NCBI RefSeq assembly: GCF_964213995.1
Contig: NC_135805.1
Location: 78,740,001 to 78,804,000, forward strand
Length of the DNA stretch: 64,000 nucleotides
From: Mustelus asterias
Taxonomy: Eukaryota
Reading direction: 5' to 3'
Made by a program: the position numbers and the translations under genes. Of this stretch, positions 24,567-35,889 are shown piece after piece. Each line of letters begins with the position of its first letter. The stretch's first letter is position 1. The notes beneath the pieces were generated by a model. The model did no database searches and had not been told where the DNA came from. It was given only the letters and a program-made list of their open reading frames with translations.

Positions 24567-25679
24567 CTGTCATGTGTAGGTTAGGGGGATTGGTGGGGTA
24601 AGTGCATGGGGTTAAGGGAATGTGGCCTGGGTAAGATGCTCTTCTGAGAGTTGGTGCAAACTCCATGGGCCAAATGGCCTCCTTCTGCACTGTAAGGATT
24701 CTATGAATATTATTATATAGTTATTCGTAATTTGGTCTGTTTTCCAGGAAATGTTGCATTTAAGTTGAATGCATGTAGGATACTCCCAGTGGGGATCCTT
24801 TCCCAACAGCAAGCTCTGTTTAAAATTCTGGGTTATATTCCAACTAATTAAAATGACTGATTGACTCTGTCTGATTTTCTGACATTTAAATGGAATGGCT
24901 GGGAGGGTGTCTGATGCACACTGTTGGCGAGCAAGTGCTCTCTGCCAGAAATACATATTGAAATGTAATTCAATAATACAGCGTTTAAATTTCTCCGTTT
25001 GAAGATTACTAGTGGTGTGAAAACATTTAACATGCTTGGGAGCATTTTATCTGTAGAAAACTTAAACAGAGGTTCTAATTTTAAAAATCCATTCCAAAGA
25101 CAAAGGCGCAGATATTTGTTCCCAGGTCGGGTACGGAGAGATCAGAGAATTCCTGGGAGGTGGGCAAGCTGGATTGGAATTTGGACCTCCACCACCATGA
25201 GTGAGGAGACTGCTGGATGCGGAGGTGGGGCTGGGGGGAAGGTCTGCCATTGCGCTCCTGCACTGAGTTGAATTACATTTTTAAAAAACAGCTCTCCAGC
25301 TCCCATCGCCCCTCAGTCCCCACACACTTCCCATGCCACACCCATGCCAACCTCTGCCACCTCATGCCCCCAGCCACACTCCATGGCCCTTCATACCTCT
25401 TCTGCCAATGCATGCCCCTCTATCCACCTCCCAGGGCCTTCCTTAACCCCAATGCCCCAACATCCCCATAGCCCTTTATAGCCCTATGCCAACACAGTGC
25501 CAACTCATGCCAATCTATGCCCCATTTGACCTTACTTTGCTCATGTCAACTCACCTACTGTCCTTTGACAGTTTCTTGACAGTGTTAAAATTCCTTGGCT
25601 GCTTTGACTACTTTGACAGTTCTTTGACAGCTTGACAGTTCCAGTGAGTTTATGCACTTTGTACGCACAGTCATGTTTA

Positions 25680-26010
25680 GGGCGGCACGGTAGCACAGTG
25701 GTTAGTACTGCTGCCTCACAGCGCCAGGGATCCGGGTTCAATTCCAGCCTCAAGTCACTGTCTGTGTGGAGTTTGCACATTCTCCCCATGTCTGCGTGGG
25801 TTTCCTCCGGGTGCTCCAGTTTCCTCCTACAGTCCAAAGACGTGCAGGTTAGGTGGATTGGCCATGCTAAATTGACCCTGGTATCAGGGGGATTAGCAGG
25901 GGAAATATGTGGGGTTATGGGGATAGGGCCTTGGTGGGATTGTGGTCGGTGCAGACTTGATGGGCTGATTGGCCTCCTTCTGCACTGTAGGGATTCTATG
26001 ATTTCTATGA
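25680..26010 (+). mobile_element. HE1-like tRNA-derived SINE (CR1 tail)
   Basis: A box GTAGCACAGTGG, B box GGTTCAATTCC, core TGTGTGGAGTTTGCACATTCTCC...GGTTTCCTCCGGGTGCTCC, tail GATTCTATGATTTCTATGA. Confidence 0.85.
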
Positions 26011-28169
26011 TGTTTACTCTTAACAATCCCAAAGGGTGTTCTAACCCCTCCCAAAATGTATCTTACAGCTCCCAAAAGTGCCTTGGGGCCATATCCAAAA
26101 GGGTACCTTACCTCTCCAAAGGGATACCCTGTCTCTCCAACTGAATTCACCAAGTTCAGACCTCCTTTCACCTGGACTAATCTGCACACTCTGGGTTTCA
26201 CATTCCTAGCCTAACAAAATCTCACTTCACTGGGGACTATTGGTGATTTAAATGGCCAGCTGCCTCAGTCAACCATGCATGCATGAACTCTGGCTCAACT
26301 CCACCCTATCCTACATGAAAATAGAACATGCTGTGTTCCAGGACTTAGGATTTCTAGCCATTTCCAGGATTTTCACCACCATCATGATGATTTAGCTAGT
26401 TTAAAGTGGCAATAAAACTGCATGAAAGTTATAAAAAACACTTTGTGTGCAATGTCATCCATTGACCCTTTCTGGATTAATGGGGTAGGAGGGTTGGTGA
26501 GGGAGGGTGTTAGCTAAAGAGTTTGAATTTCTGCAAATGTCCTCCCTATAGCCTGCTGCATCTTCAACCAGGACATCTGTCGGAACCCTGAATAAACTAA
26601 TAGACAACCTTTCTCTGAAACTTCCGTTAAAGTGCAACAGACAATTGGAAGGAACCCAACAGGAAATCAAAGCAAACTGCTGAATATCTCCATTAAAGTG
26701 GCAGATGGAGGAATTCCAGCATACAAACATATTAAGTGTTAATACAGTAACCTTCATGAATCATAATTTCAAGGCTATACCTTCATTTCCATGTAATCAA
26801 CTTTTGCTCAGTACTCAATAAACCTGTAATGAACATGTTAAAATTGTTACCATTTACTATGAGTATCCTCATCATTAAACTGTGGAGTGTTTTTCCATTT
26901 ACATCAATAGAAGTTCTTGCTATAGGTTAAAAGAATCCACAAACGTTTTTTACTAAAAAATGATAAATATGAATAATTACAAAATATTGCTTATATTTTG
27001 GATGTATTATACATTACTAGTTGAACTTCCCTCTAGTGGTTCACAATGTCCCTGCATTCCTCATTGATAATTCTGCCATATAAAAATTAACTAGAATCTA
27101 CTTTTATCTATTTGATACATGCAAACATGCTTAAAGACAAAGTTCTGACAGCAAAATGTGACATATAATGCAATTAATCTGAAAACAGCACTCATATTTT
27201 CTAGATTTCCTAAGAAAAATGTGACGGATGTGAGCTTTTTATAATGCTGCAATTGAACAGTTCAGTGTTACATTACTTTATATCAATGTTATTTTTGATT
27301 CTTAAAGCAACTGAATTCAGAAGTAACTTTGATCAATAAACTTATTAAACTATGTTCCTATTGTTTATCCTGTTGAAGGGAAAGTAATCATGGGGCAACA
27401 TCATTAGATTACAGAGCTCAATTCTAAGGGAGTGACAATCTGACCTGGTTAAAAAAAATGAATTTAAGTCTTTTTAAACACCGTTGTGCCAGTAATTGGT
27501 CATTGTGCCTGGATGAATGCAAGACATCTCTACAAAGCAGCATTTTATGCCTGCAATAAGCTTCGACAGCTGAACCAAGCAGAAGTCCAATGTTGCCAAA
27601 CATCTTAACTTACTTAATCACCATAATGAAGAAAGAACTCACATTCAAATGGTGTATTTCACAATGTCAGGACACCAAAGCATTTTATTTCTAATTTGGT
27701 AATTTTAAAGTGAGGTCACTGTTGTTACATTGCAATTCCACAACATAATTAGATCACGGCTGATTTTATCTTACCCCACTTACCATTGGTTCCATGCTAC
27801 TGAACAAAAATATGCCATACTCAATCTTGAAAATTTCATTTGAGCCAACATCAACACTCTTTTGTGAGGACATATTTCTAGATTTCCACCGTGCTTTGCA
27901 CAAAAGTGCTTCCTGATTCTACTCTTAAATAACTGAGCTCTAATTGTAAGATTAGTCCCATTTATTCTGAATTCCTTGGCCCACTCACCAAGAACCACCT
28001 CTCCATCAGCCTAAACACTGAGCTTTCCCCACCACACCCCCCCTGATGGCAGAGACCTCAAGGATACCTCACATGATGTTGATTTGCACAATGAAAGGTT
28101 CTGACACCTGCCTTAGGTGGACACTCTGTCCTTGGGGCTGGTGGGGTGCACGGTGGCAGAGGGTGAACG

Positions 28170-28810
28170 AGGATGAATGGGAAGATTGCAGCAGCCACTG
28201 TGATGGCAGAAACTGGGTAGTAAGTCATTCTCCACCAGTTTTGGGGCTCTATGCCTTGACTAGTTGGGAGGCCTGTCAACAAGATCCAAACTGCACAGAA
28301 GAGAAACTCCGCCACCAGAAGCCAAACTAGTTTAAAGAGGAGCCAGTGATTTGCAGAACAAAGAATCAAGAAGACTGAGAAAATTCAATTCCTTGCTGAC
28401 CTACATGAGACACGAGCCCTTGTTGAAGGCAATCAAAGAGATCTATGGACAATCAAAACATGGACCAACACTGATAAGGTCCAAAGATGGGAAGGTACTC
28501 TCAAAGGCATGGGCAGTATGAACATCCTCTACATAGAGCATTTTGTAGAGCTACTCATTCAGGACTTCATGGTGGATATATACCTGCTGGAAAACCTCCC
28601 ACAAGTGAGCTAGCTAGACAATGATCCAACACCTGATGAAGCAATAACTGCTGTCAAGCAGATGAAAAACTGCAAAGATTCTGCTCTTGACAAGCTGACA
28701 GTAGGAATACTGAAATATGAAGGAGACATGCTGGACTCTCAGATGCATGCCTCATTTGTGAAGCTTGAACAGAATGAAGAAATTACAAGTGACCTGAGAG
28801 AAGCTGCTTT
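28170..28810 (+). mobile_element. Degenerate RTE-clade LINE ORF fragment
   Basis: AIKEIYG...RSKDG...EHF.ELL...PTPDEA..AVKQMKN.K....D.L...ILKY.G resembles the RTE linker before RT. Confidence 0.55.
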
Positions 28811-28861
28811 TTATGCAGAGTTGTACATGAGTTCGCATAGGCAAGTCTCAATTTGTAAAGG

Positions 28862-29075
28862 GAGGGGGATGGCCTAACGGGCATAGTGGTATTATCATTG
28901 GACTTGCAGTAATCCAGGGACCCAGGCTAATGATATGGGGGCATAGGTTTAAATTCCACTATGGCAGCTGGTGGAAGTTAAATTCAATGAATAAATATGG
29001 AATTATAATAGTGACTCTCAGTAATAGTGACATGATTATTATAAGTGCCCAACTGATTCATCACTGTCCTTTAAA
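28862..29075 (+). mobile_element. tRNA-derived SINE 5' part (2012 family)
   Basis: GGCATAGTGGTATT...AATCCAGGGACCCAGGCTAATG matches 2012-2170. Confidence 0.55.
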
Positions 29076-30151
29076 ACCTTTCCTTTACATGTTTATTGGA
29101 GTCAAAGATTGGGGCATAAACATTGATGATAGTGGTATGCTAGTTACAGTTGAGCTGTAGGTCAAGTGTCAAGATTTACACAATTGGAGAGTTCTGGCAG
29201 TGCATCCAAGTTCTTATTGCAGATGAAAAAACCTACTCTCTGCATGTATCACTTCAGTGAAAGACAGATTAGGGTCACTGAAAATTCATCTAGACATTTT
29301 ACTTAGAAAAAGTAACTTTTAGATATCTAATGACACTCACTGTGAACAGAGAATGCATTCATCAACCATATTTAGGATTAAATTAAAATTATTTATATTG
29401 CACTCCACCCTCTTTTAGCGTGATTGTTTTTCAACTATTTCATAAAAAATGCATTAAATTTGTTTGCAGCCTTGTGGTGCAATGATTGATTATTCTCACT
29501 GTGACCTATGTCATGATCTGGTGACAGTAGCAGGAGCATGCTAATATTTATGTTAGTCTTATTTGCAGGCTCCCTATTAAAATGCTATAACTCTTAAATT
29601 TAAAAATGTCAAAAATATATATTAGCAGACTAAGCCAAACACATTTACAATATCTCTGATGAAGATAATGAGCAGAAACTCCTCACATTGGTTCAAAGGC
29701 AACCTTCAGTTTGCAGAACTCTTTGAAACCTTGAGGGTTTTGAATCCCAACAGAGCTGTTTACTGATATAACACATTTTGCCATTATTCTGACGACCCAT
29801 TTGTTTATAACTAGGATGCCCATGAGAATTTGAATACAAATCTAAATGAGAAACGAGGGCCAAGTGTTGATAAGAGCTCTATGTTTGCATAGCACTTTGC
29901 TATAAATATCACAATACATTCATTGGGCGATGGTGTTTACATAGTTATTTTGGAGCCCTGCTCAGAGTGGATTGTTCAAGTAATAAGTAATTTACAACCT
30001 ATTAGCGTCAGGCGGCAAGTGAAGCATGTTATTTAATGTTTTGTTTACCTGTACAGTTTATGTTGAAGTGATCTGTGAAGTGGTGTGAAGTTTCCACAAA
30101 CACAAGCAGGTACCCAACGTTTCTTTTCCATCGATAGAATATTAGGACACT

Positions 30152-30182
30152 ATTGCTTCTCGGCCTTTTGGCTGAGATCAAG
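30152..30182 (+). pseudogene. U2 snRNA 5' fragment (nt 1-31) heading an unrelated sequence
   Basis: ATTGCTTCTCGGCCTTTTGGCTGAGATCAAG versus U2 ATCGCTTCTCGGCCTTTTGGCTAAGATCAAG: 29/31 identical, starting at U2 +1. Confidence 0.85.
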
Positions 30183-30261
30183 CATTGGGTCAAGCCCAAG
30201 ATGGGGTGCAATGCCTTATCTTGTCAGCATGGATCTTGTTTGTCTTTCTTGAGGAGACCAT

Positions 30262-31055
30262 GGGCCAGATTTTACCATCGCGTTGCGCCCATTTTTGGGC
30301 GTGAAAACTTGGTAAAGTCGGGTGTGAGGCGAGTAGCGTGATCCTCGCCCGCCTCTGTGCCGGTTCCCCCTTTACCAAGGCCTGAAAATGGACGCGATCG
30401 GGACCGTGCCCAAAACAGGCACAACGGCCAGTTAAATGCATTTGCATGCATTTAAATTGACTTAATGGGCTGCATGCCCAACTTTACCAGCACTTCCCCC
30501 TTTACCACCACGTTCGCCCATCCGGAATTGGCATGAAACAGACATGTTCCATATAAATCCCATTCGGGCGCTCCATCAGTGAGGGTTAGTGAGGAAGTAA
30601 GTGCTGAGCGTCCGACGGCTCTCTGCTTGAGATCGGTGGGGGGTGGGGGGGGGGGGGGCGGGGGGGAAGGTGGGTCCGATGGCTCTCTGCCTGTGATCAG
30701 TGGGGGGGAGGGGGGTTCTGCTGCCACTCTGCCTGTGATCAGTTGGGGGGAAGGGGGATCTGTGCTACTCTGTAATAAAAGCAAATTACTGCGGATGCTG
30801 GAATCTGAAACCAAAAGAGAAAATGCTGGAAAGTCTCAGCAGGTCTGACAGCATCTGCAAGGAGGGAGAAGAGCTGATGTTTCGAGTCCAGATGACCCTT
30901 TGTCAAAGCAGACAGCTTTGACAAAGGATCATCTGGACTCGAAATGTCAGCTCTTCTCCCTCCTTGCAGATGCTACCAGATCTGCTGAGATTTTCCAGCA
31001 TTTTCTCTTTTGGTTTCCATTGCTATTCTGCCTGAGATTGATGGGGGGAAGGGGG
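30262..31055. mobile_element. Harbinger-type MITE, one end only (same family as 46461-47504, opposite orientation)
   Basis: GGGCCAGATTTTACCATCGCG...GGGCGTGAAAACTTGGTAAAG aligns to the reverse complement of the 47504 end; interrupted by a PLE fold-back and truncated by Gypsy. Confidence 0.75.
30807..31017. repeat. Long inverted repeat of a PLE terminus (103-bp arms, 5-nt loop)
   Basis: 30807-30909 and 30915-31017 are reverse complements with 7 mismatches by my count; each arm has a decayed hammerhead core (TTGACAA-AGG(G/A)TC...GACTC-GAAA). Confidence 0.85.
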
Positions 31056-31373
31056 TGATGCACATCAATTGGACACGAGGCTCGCAGCTTCAGTAAAAGA
31101 AGGCTTTTATTAACTAACAATGAAGCTATCAGAACTTTAACACACTATCCCAGACTGAAGGGGTCCCGTCCCCGAGCAGGGACTCTTATACCTCTCCCAG
31201 GAGGCGGAGCCCGACTGGAATGTGCCACAACAGTAACAAACACAGGTGTAACAATCCCACCCTAACCCAACAGCAACATTAGTACAATCCCACAGTAACC
31301 TATATACATTCCTGTAGTACTGGCCAGCCCTGGCTCAGTACTATCCAGTGGGAACCAACGATGGTTCACCACA
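31056..31373 (-). repeat. 3' LTR of Gypsy element
   Basis: TG...CA ends; minus-strand TATA-like TATAAG and AATAAA; preceded on the minus strand by polypurine tract AAAGGAGGGGTGAA (31374-31387). Confidence 0.8.
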
Positions 31374-34300
31374 TTCACCCCTCCTTTGAGAACAAAGGCC
31401 GGCGGGGTACGAAAACAGAATAAAATGTCAGCAGATTATAAGTTCAGACGGTCTGGAGGACCGCACCGTCGTTGTGACCTCCTCAATACTGGCGGTGACA
31501 CCGGAGTAGGCACTTGCGATGGCGTTCTCCCCAAAATGGCGTCCAGCTGTTCTTCCACGGACTCACAGGCCGGTTGACCCTGATGAGACGGTAGTGCAGG
31601 GGATCCTGACACGTCCTGCAGTGGCGACCATCTTCGGGGCTCAGGCAAGCTGTGCATTGGAGTAAAACTGTTAAGCAATGGTCCCGATGCTGCCTGCGCT
31701 ATGTCCGGGGAAGAAATAAGGGATAATGGATTCGTCACTGGGGGTATGGGAGCGACAGGAGTTGCTACGTCCCCTGCAGGTGCCGGTCTCGGATCGAGAC
31801 CGTGTCCTCTCGCCCGTCAGGATATGCCACATAGGCATACTGAGGGTTGCCGTGGAGGAGGTGGACCTGTTCGACCAAGGGGTCGGACTTGCGGGCCCTT
31901 ACATGTCGCCGCAGGAGGACGGGTCCTGGGTACGTCAACCAGGCTGGTAAAGATATCCCCGAGGAAGACTTCCGAGGGAATGAGAACATCCTCTCGTGGG
32001 GAGTAGCATTGGTTGCCGTACACAGGAGGGAGCGAATAGAGTGAAGCGCATCAGGGAGGACCTCCTGCCAACGGGAGACTGGAAGACCTTTGGATTTTAG
32101 CGCCAATAGGACAGCCTTCCAGACTGTAGCATTCTCTCGTTCCACCTGTCCATTACCCCTAGGGTTGTAACTCGTGGTCCTACTAGAGGCAATCCCGTAT
32201 GAGAGCAGGAATTGCCTCAAGGCATCGCTCATGAACGACGAGCCCCTGTCGCTATGGATATAGCTGGGGTACCCGAACAGGGTAAAAAGATCACGGAATG
32301 CCTTGATCACCGTGGCAGCTGATGTGTCCGAGCAGGGGACAACAAACGGGAGCTGGGAGTACTCATCGATTATGTTCAGAAAGTACACATTCCGATCTGT
32401 TGAGGGAAGGGGCCCTTAAAATCAACACTCAGCCTCTTGAAGGGGCGAGTGGCCTTGACCAAATGTGCCCGATCAGGTCGGTAAAAGTGCGGTTTGCATT
32501 CCGCGCAAATCCGACAGCTCCTTGTTACCGACCTGACGTCCTCCACCGAGTAAGGCAGGTTGCGGGCTTTGACAAAGTGGTAGAGCCCAGTGACCCCAGG
32601 ATGGCACAGATCATTATGGAGGGCGTTCAAGCGATCCTCCTGAATACTAGCGCATGTTCCGTGCGAGAGGGCATCCGAGGGCTCATTGAGTTTCCCTGGA
32701 CGATACATGATATCGTAGTTATAGGTGGAGAGTTCAATTCTCCACCGCAAGATCTTGTCATTCTCGATCTTGCCCCTCTGCGTGTTGTTGAACATGAACG
32801 CCACGGACCGCTGGTCCGTGATCAGGGTGAACCGCTTTCCCGCCAGGTAATGGCGCCAGTGTCTGACGGCCTCCACAATGGCCTGGGCCTCCTTCTCCAC
32901 CGCTGAATGCCGAATTTCGGGGCCTTGGAGGGTGCGGGAAAAAAACGCGACGGGCCTGCCCGCCTGGTTAAGTGTGGCGGCCAGAGCGAAATCAGATGCA
33001 TCGCTTTCCACCTGAAAAGGGATGGATTCGTCTACCGTGTGCATCGTGGCTTTCGCGATGTCGTCTTTCAATTTCTTGAAGGCCAATTGGGCCTCTGGCG
33101 TGAATGGAAAAGTCGTGGACTTAATAAGCGGACGGGCTTTGTCTGCGTAGTTGGGGACCCACTGCGCATAATAGGAGAAGAAGCCTAGGCATCTTCTCAG
33201 TGCTTTTGCGCTAGCGGGCAAGGGTAGTTCAGCAAGGGGGCGCATACGGTCTGGATCAGGGCCAATGACCCCGTTTTCCACCACGTATCCCAGGATGGCT
33301 AACCGGCGCGTACGGAATACACACTTCTCCCTGTTGTAGGTCAAGTTCAGGCGAGATGCAGTGCGTCAGAAGTTATGGAGGTTTGTGTCATGGTCCTGCT
33401 GATCATGGCCGCAGATGGTGACGTTATCCAGGTACGGGAAGGTAGCCCGCAGCCTGTTCTGGTCCACCATTCGGTCCATAGCACGCTGGAAGACCGAGAC
33501 CCCATTGGTGACACCAAATGGAACCCTAAGAAAATGATACAAACGACCATCCGCCTCAAAGGCCGTGTACTGTCGGTCCTCTGGGCGAATGGGTCGGTAA
33601 AAGTGCGGTTTGCATTCCGCGCAAATCCGACAGCTCCTTGTTACCGACCTGACGTCCTCCACCGAGTAAGGCAGGTTGCGGGCTTTGACAAAGTGGTAGA
33701 GCCGAGTGACCCCAGGATGGCACAGATCATTATGGAGGGCGTTCAAGCGATCCTCCTGAATACTAGCGCATGTTCCGTGCGAGAGGGCATCCGAGGGCTC
33801 ATTGAGTTTCCCTGGACGATACATGATATCGTAGTTATAGGTCTATGGTGGAGAACACCCGGTACTGCGCAATCTGATTGACCATATCAGATATGCGCGG
33901 GAGAGGATACGCATCCAGCTGCGTATATCGGTTAATGGTCTGACTGTAATCAATGACCATCCGGGGTTTGTTCCCGCTCTTGACCACCACAACCTGTGCT
34001 CTCCATGGACTAACACTGGGCTGTATGATCCCTTCTTTGAGGAGTCGCTGAACCTCAGATCTGATGAAGATCCGATCCTCAGTGCTGTAACGCCTACTTT
34101 TAGTAGCGATGGGCTTGCAGCCTGGTACCAGATTCTGAAATAAAGAGGGTGTGGTGATCTTTAACGTAGAAAGATTGCAGGCGGGGCGTGTTGGGCAATT
34201 TGGAGACTGCAGCTGTTCTCCCACTGCCAGCGAAGGGAGTGGCCCACCGTACTGTAGGATCACACTCCTCAAGTGGACCATGAAGTTTAGTCCAAGAAGA

Positions 34301-34857
34301 ATTGGTGCGCAAAGATACGGCAACACAAGGAGCTTGAAACGCTCGTAAATTGTGCCTTGTACTTTCAAGGTTACCACACAACTCCCTAGCACGGCGACAG
34401 ACCGGGACCTTGATGCCATAGACATTGTCTGTTTGGCAGGTTGAATCTGGAGTCCACACCTCTTCACAGTGCCAGGGTGGATAAAGCTCTCAGTGCTCCC
34501 GCTGTCAAACAGACAATAAAGCACATGATTGTTTACCTGGATATCCATCATTGAACGATCAAGCCTGTGAGGCTTAGCCTGGTCCAGGATGATCGACGCC
34601 ACCGTTGGTCCATGAACGCCACTGCAGGCAGCTGAAGTCGATGCTGAGGACCCCTGCTGGTCGCTCGTGGTCATCGTCGACCAACATGGCCGCCCCCATG
34701 AATCGCACATGGGTGAGGGCGCCAAACTCAGTGACCCCTGGTGGTCATACTCCTCCGACTCCGTCGACCGCAATGGCATCGTCCTGGACTCGCACGTGGA
34801 CGAACCCCGCGAGGACTTCGACGACTATGGTGATTATCCCAGCTCCGAAGAGTGACA
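31056..34857 (-). mobile_element. Young, 5'-truncated Gypsy/Ty3 LTR retrotransposon (PR-RT-RH-IN), inactivated
   Basis: Protease LFDSGS, RT SPW...IDY...YLDN, RNase H SDASD...EKEA, zinc finger H-H-C-C, integrase IIDEYS...HSDRG...GQVER, C-terminal LRRS.R..PPDRL; CpG-rich; an in-frame TGA, frameshifts and an internal duplication; no gag or 5' LTR. Confidence 0.93.
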
Positions 34858-35216
34858 CCTCAGAATAAAAGTAAGCAGCTTTCATTGGCTGGCAGAACAA
34901 CCCAAGGCCGTTACTCAGCATTCCATCAGCACAAGGCTGATGCCCAAATCCCAAAGATAAACCAAAATACCGTGGATGCTGGAGGTCTGAAATCAAAACA
35001 GAATATGCTGGGAAATTTGGCAGACCTGGCAGCATGAAGAGTCATAATGGACTTGAAACACGGAATATTGAGCCCATGCTTGCCGTCCGCGAGATTGCCA
35101 GTGGGGACTCAAGATGTGGACAGCTGAGTTTCTGGATTAATAGTCTAATGATAATATCACTAGGCCATCGCCTCCCCAAGGAGGGGAAGGGGGGTTGTGC
35201 TGGAATCAACACAGCC

Positions 35217-35880
35217 AGGCAAATGGGATGTTGGCCTATATCGCCAGGGGGATAGAATATAAAAGCAGAGATGTCTTGCTGCATCTGTACAGGGCATTGG
35301 TGAGGCCGCAGCTGGAATACTGTGTGCAGTTTTGGTCCCCTTATTTGCGGAAGGATATATTGGCCTTGGAGGGAGTGCAGAGAAGGTTCACCAGGTTGAT
35401 ACCAGAGATGAGGGGTGTTGATTATGAGGAGAGACTGAGCAGATTGGGTTTGTATTTGTTGGAATTTAGAAGGCTGAGGGGGGATCTTATAGAGACCTAT
35501 AAGATAATGAAGGGGCTGGATGGGATAGAGATGGAGAGATTCTTTCCACTTAGAAAGGAAACTAGAACTAGAGGGCACAGCCTCAAAATAAAGGGGGGTC
35601 AGTTTAGGACAGAGTTGAGGAGGAACTTCTTCTCTCAGAGGGTGGTGAATCTCTGGAATTCTCTGCCCACTGAAGTGGTGGAGGCTCCCTCGTTGAATAT
35701 GTTTAAATCACGGATAGATGGATTCCTGATCGGTAAGGGAATTAGGGGTTATAGGGATCAGGCGGGTAAGTGGAACTGATCCACTTCAGATCAGCCATGA
35801 TCTTATTGAATGGCGGGGCAGGCTCGAGGGGCTAGATGGCCTACTCCTGCTCCTATTTCTTATGTTCTTATGTTCTTATG
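35217..35880 (+). mobile_element. CR1 3' fragment with open ORF2 C-terminus
   Basis: ANGMLAYIARGIEYKS...LVRPQLEYCVQFWSP...RNFFSQRVVNLWNSLP*; tail (TTCTTATG)n. Confidence 0.9.
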
Positions 35881-35889
35881 TTAACTCTG

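Noticed and set aside
25685-25750. tRNA-like A and B boxes as a tRNA gene
   Set aside because: No complete cloverleaf; continuous with the SINE core and tail
25541-26144. 163-170 aa ORFs on both strands (similar ones at 36928, 48592 and 55431)
   Set aside because: Chance translations of HE1-like SINE copies
29655-29685. CTGATGA...GAAAC hammerhead-like spacing
   Set aside because: The intervening AGATAATGAGCA cannot form stem II, and stem I is absent
32322-33881. Plus-strand ORFs of 194 and 168 aa sharing sequence
   Set aside because: Antisense shadows of the GC-rich Gypsy pol; the shared part is the 251-bp duplication
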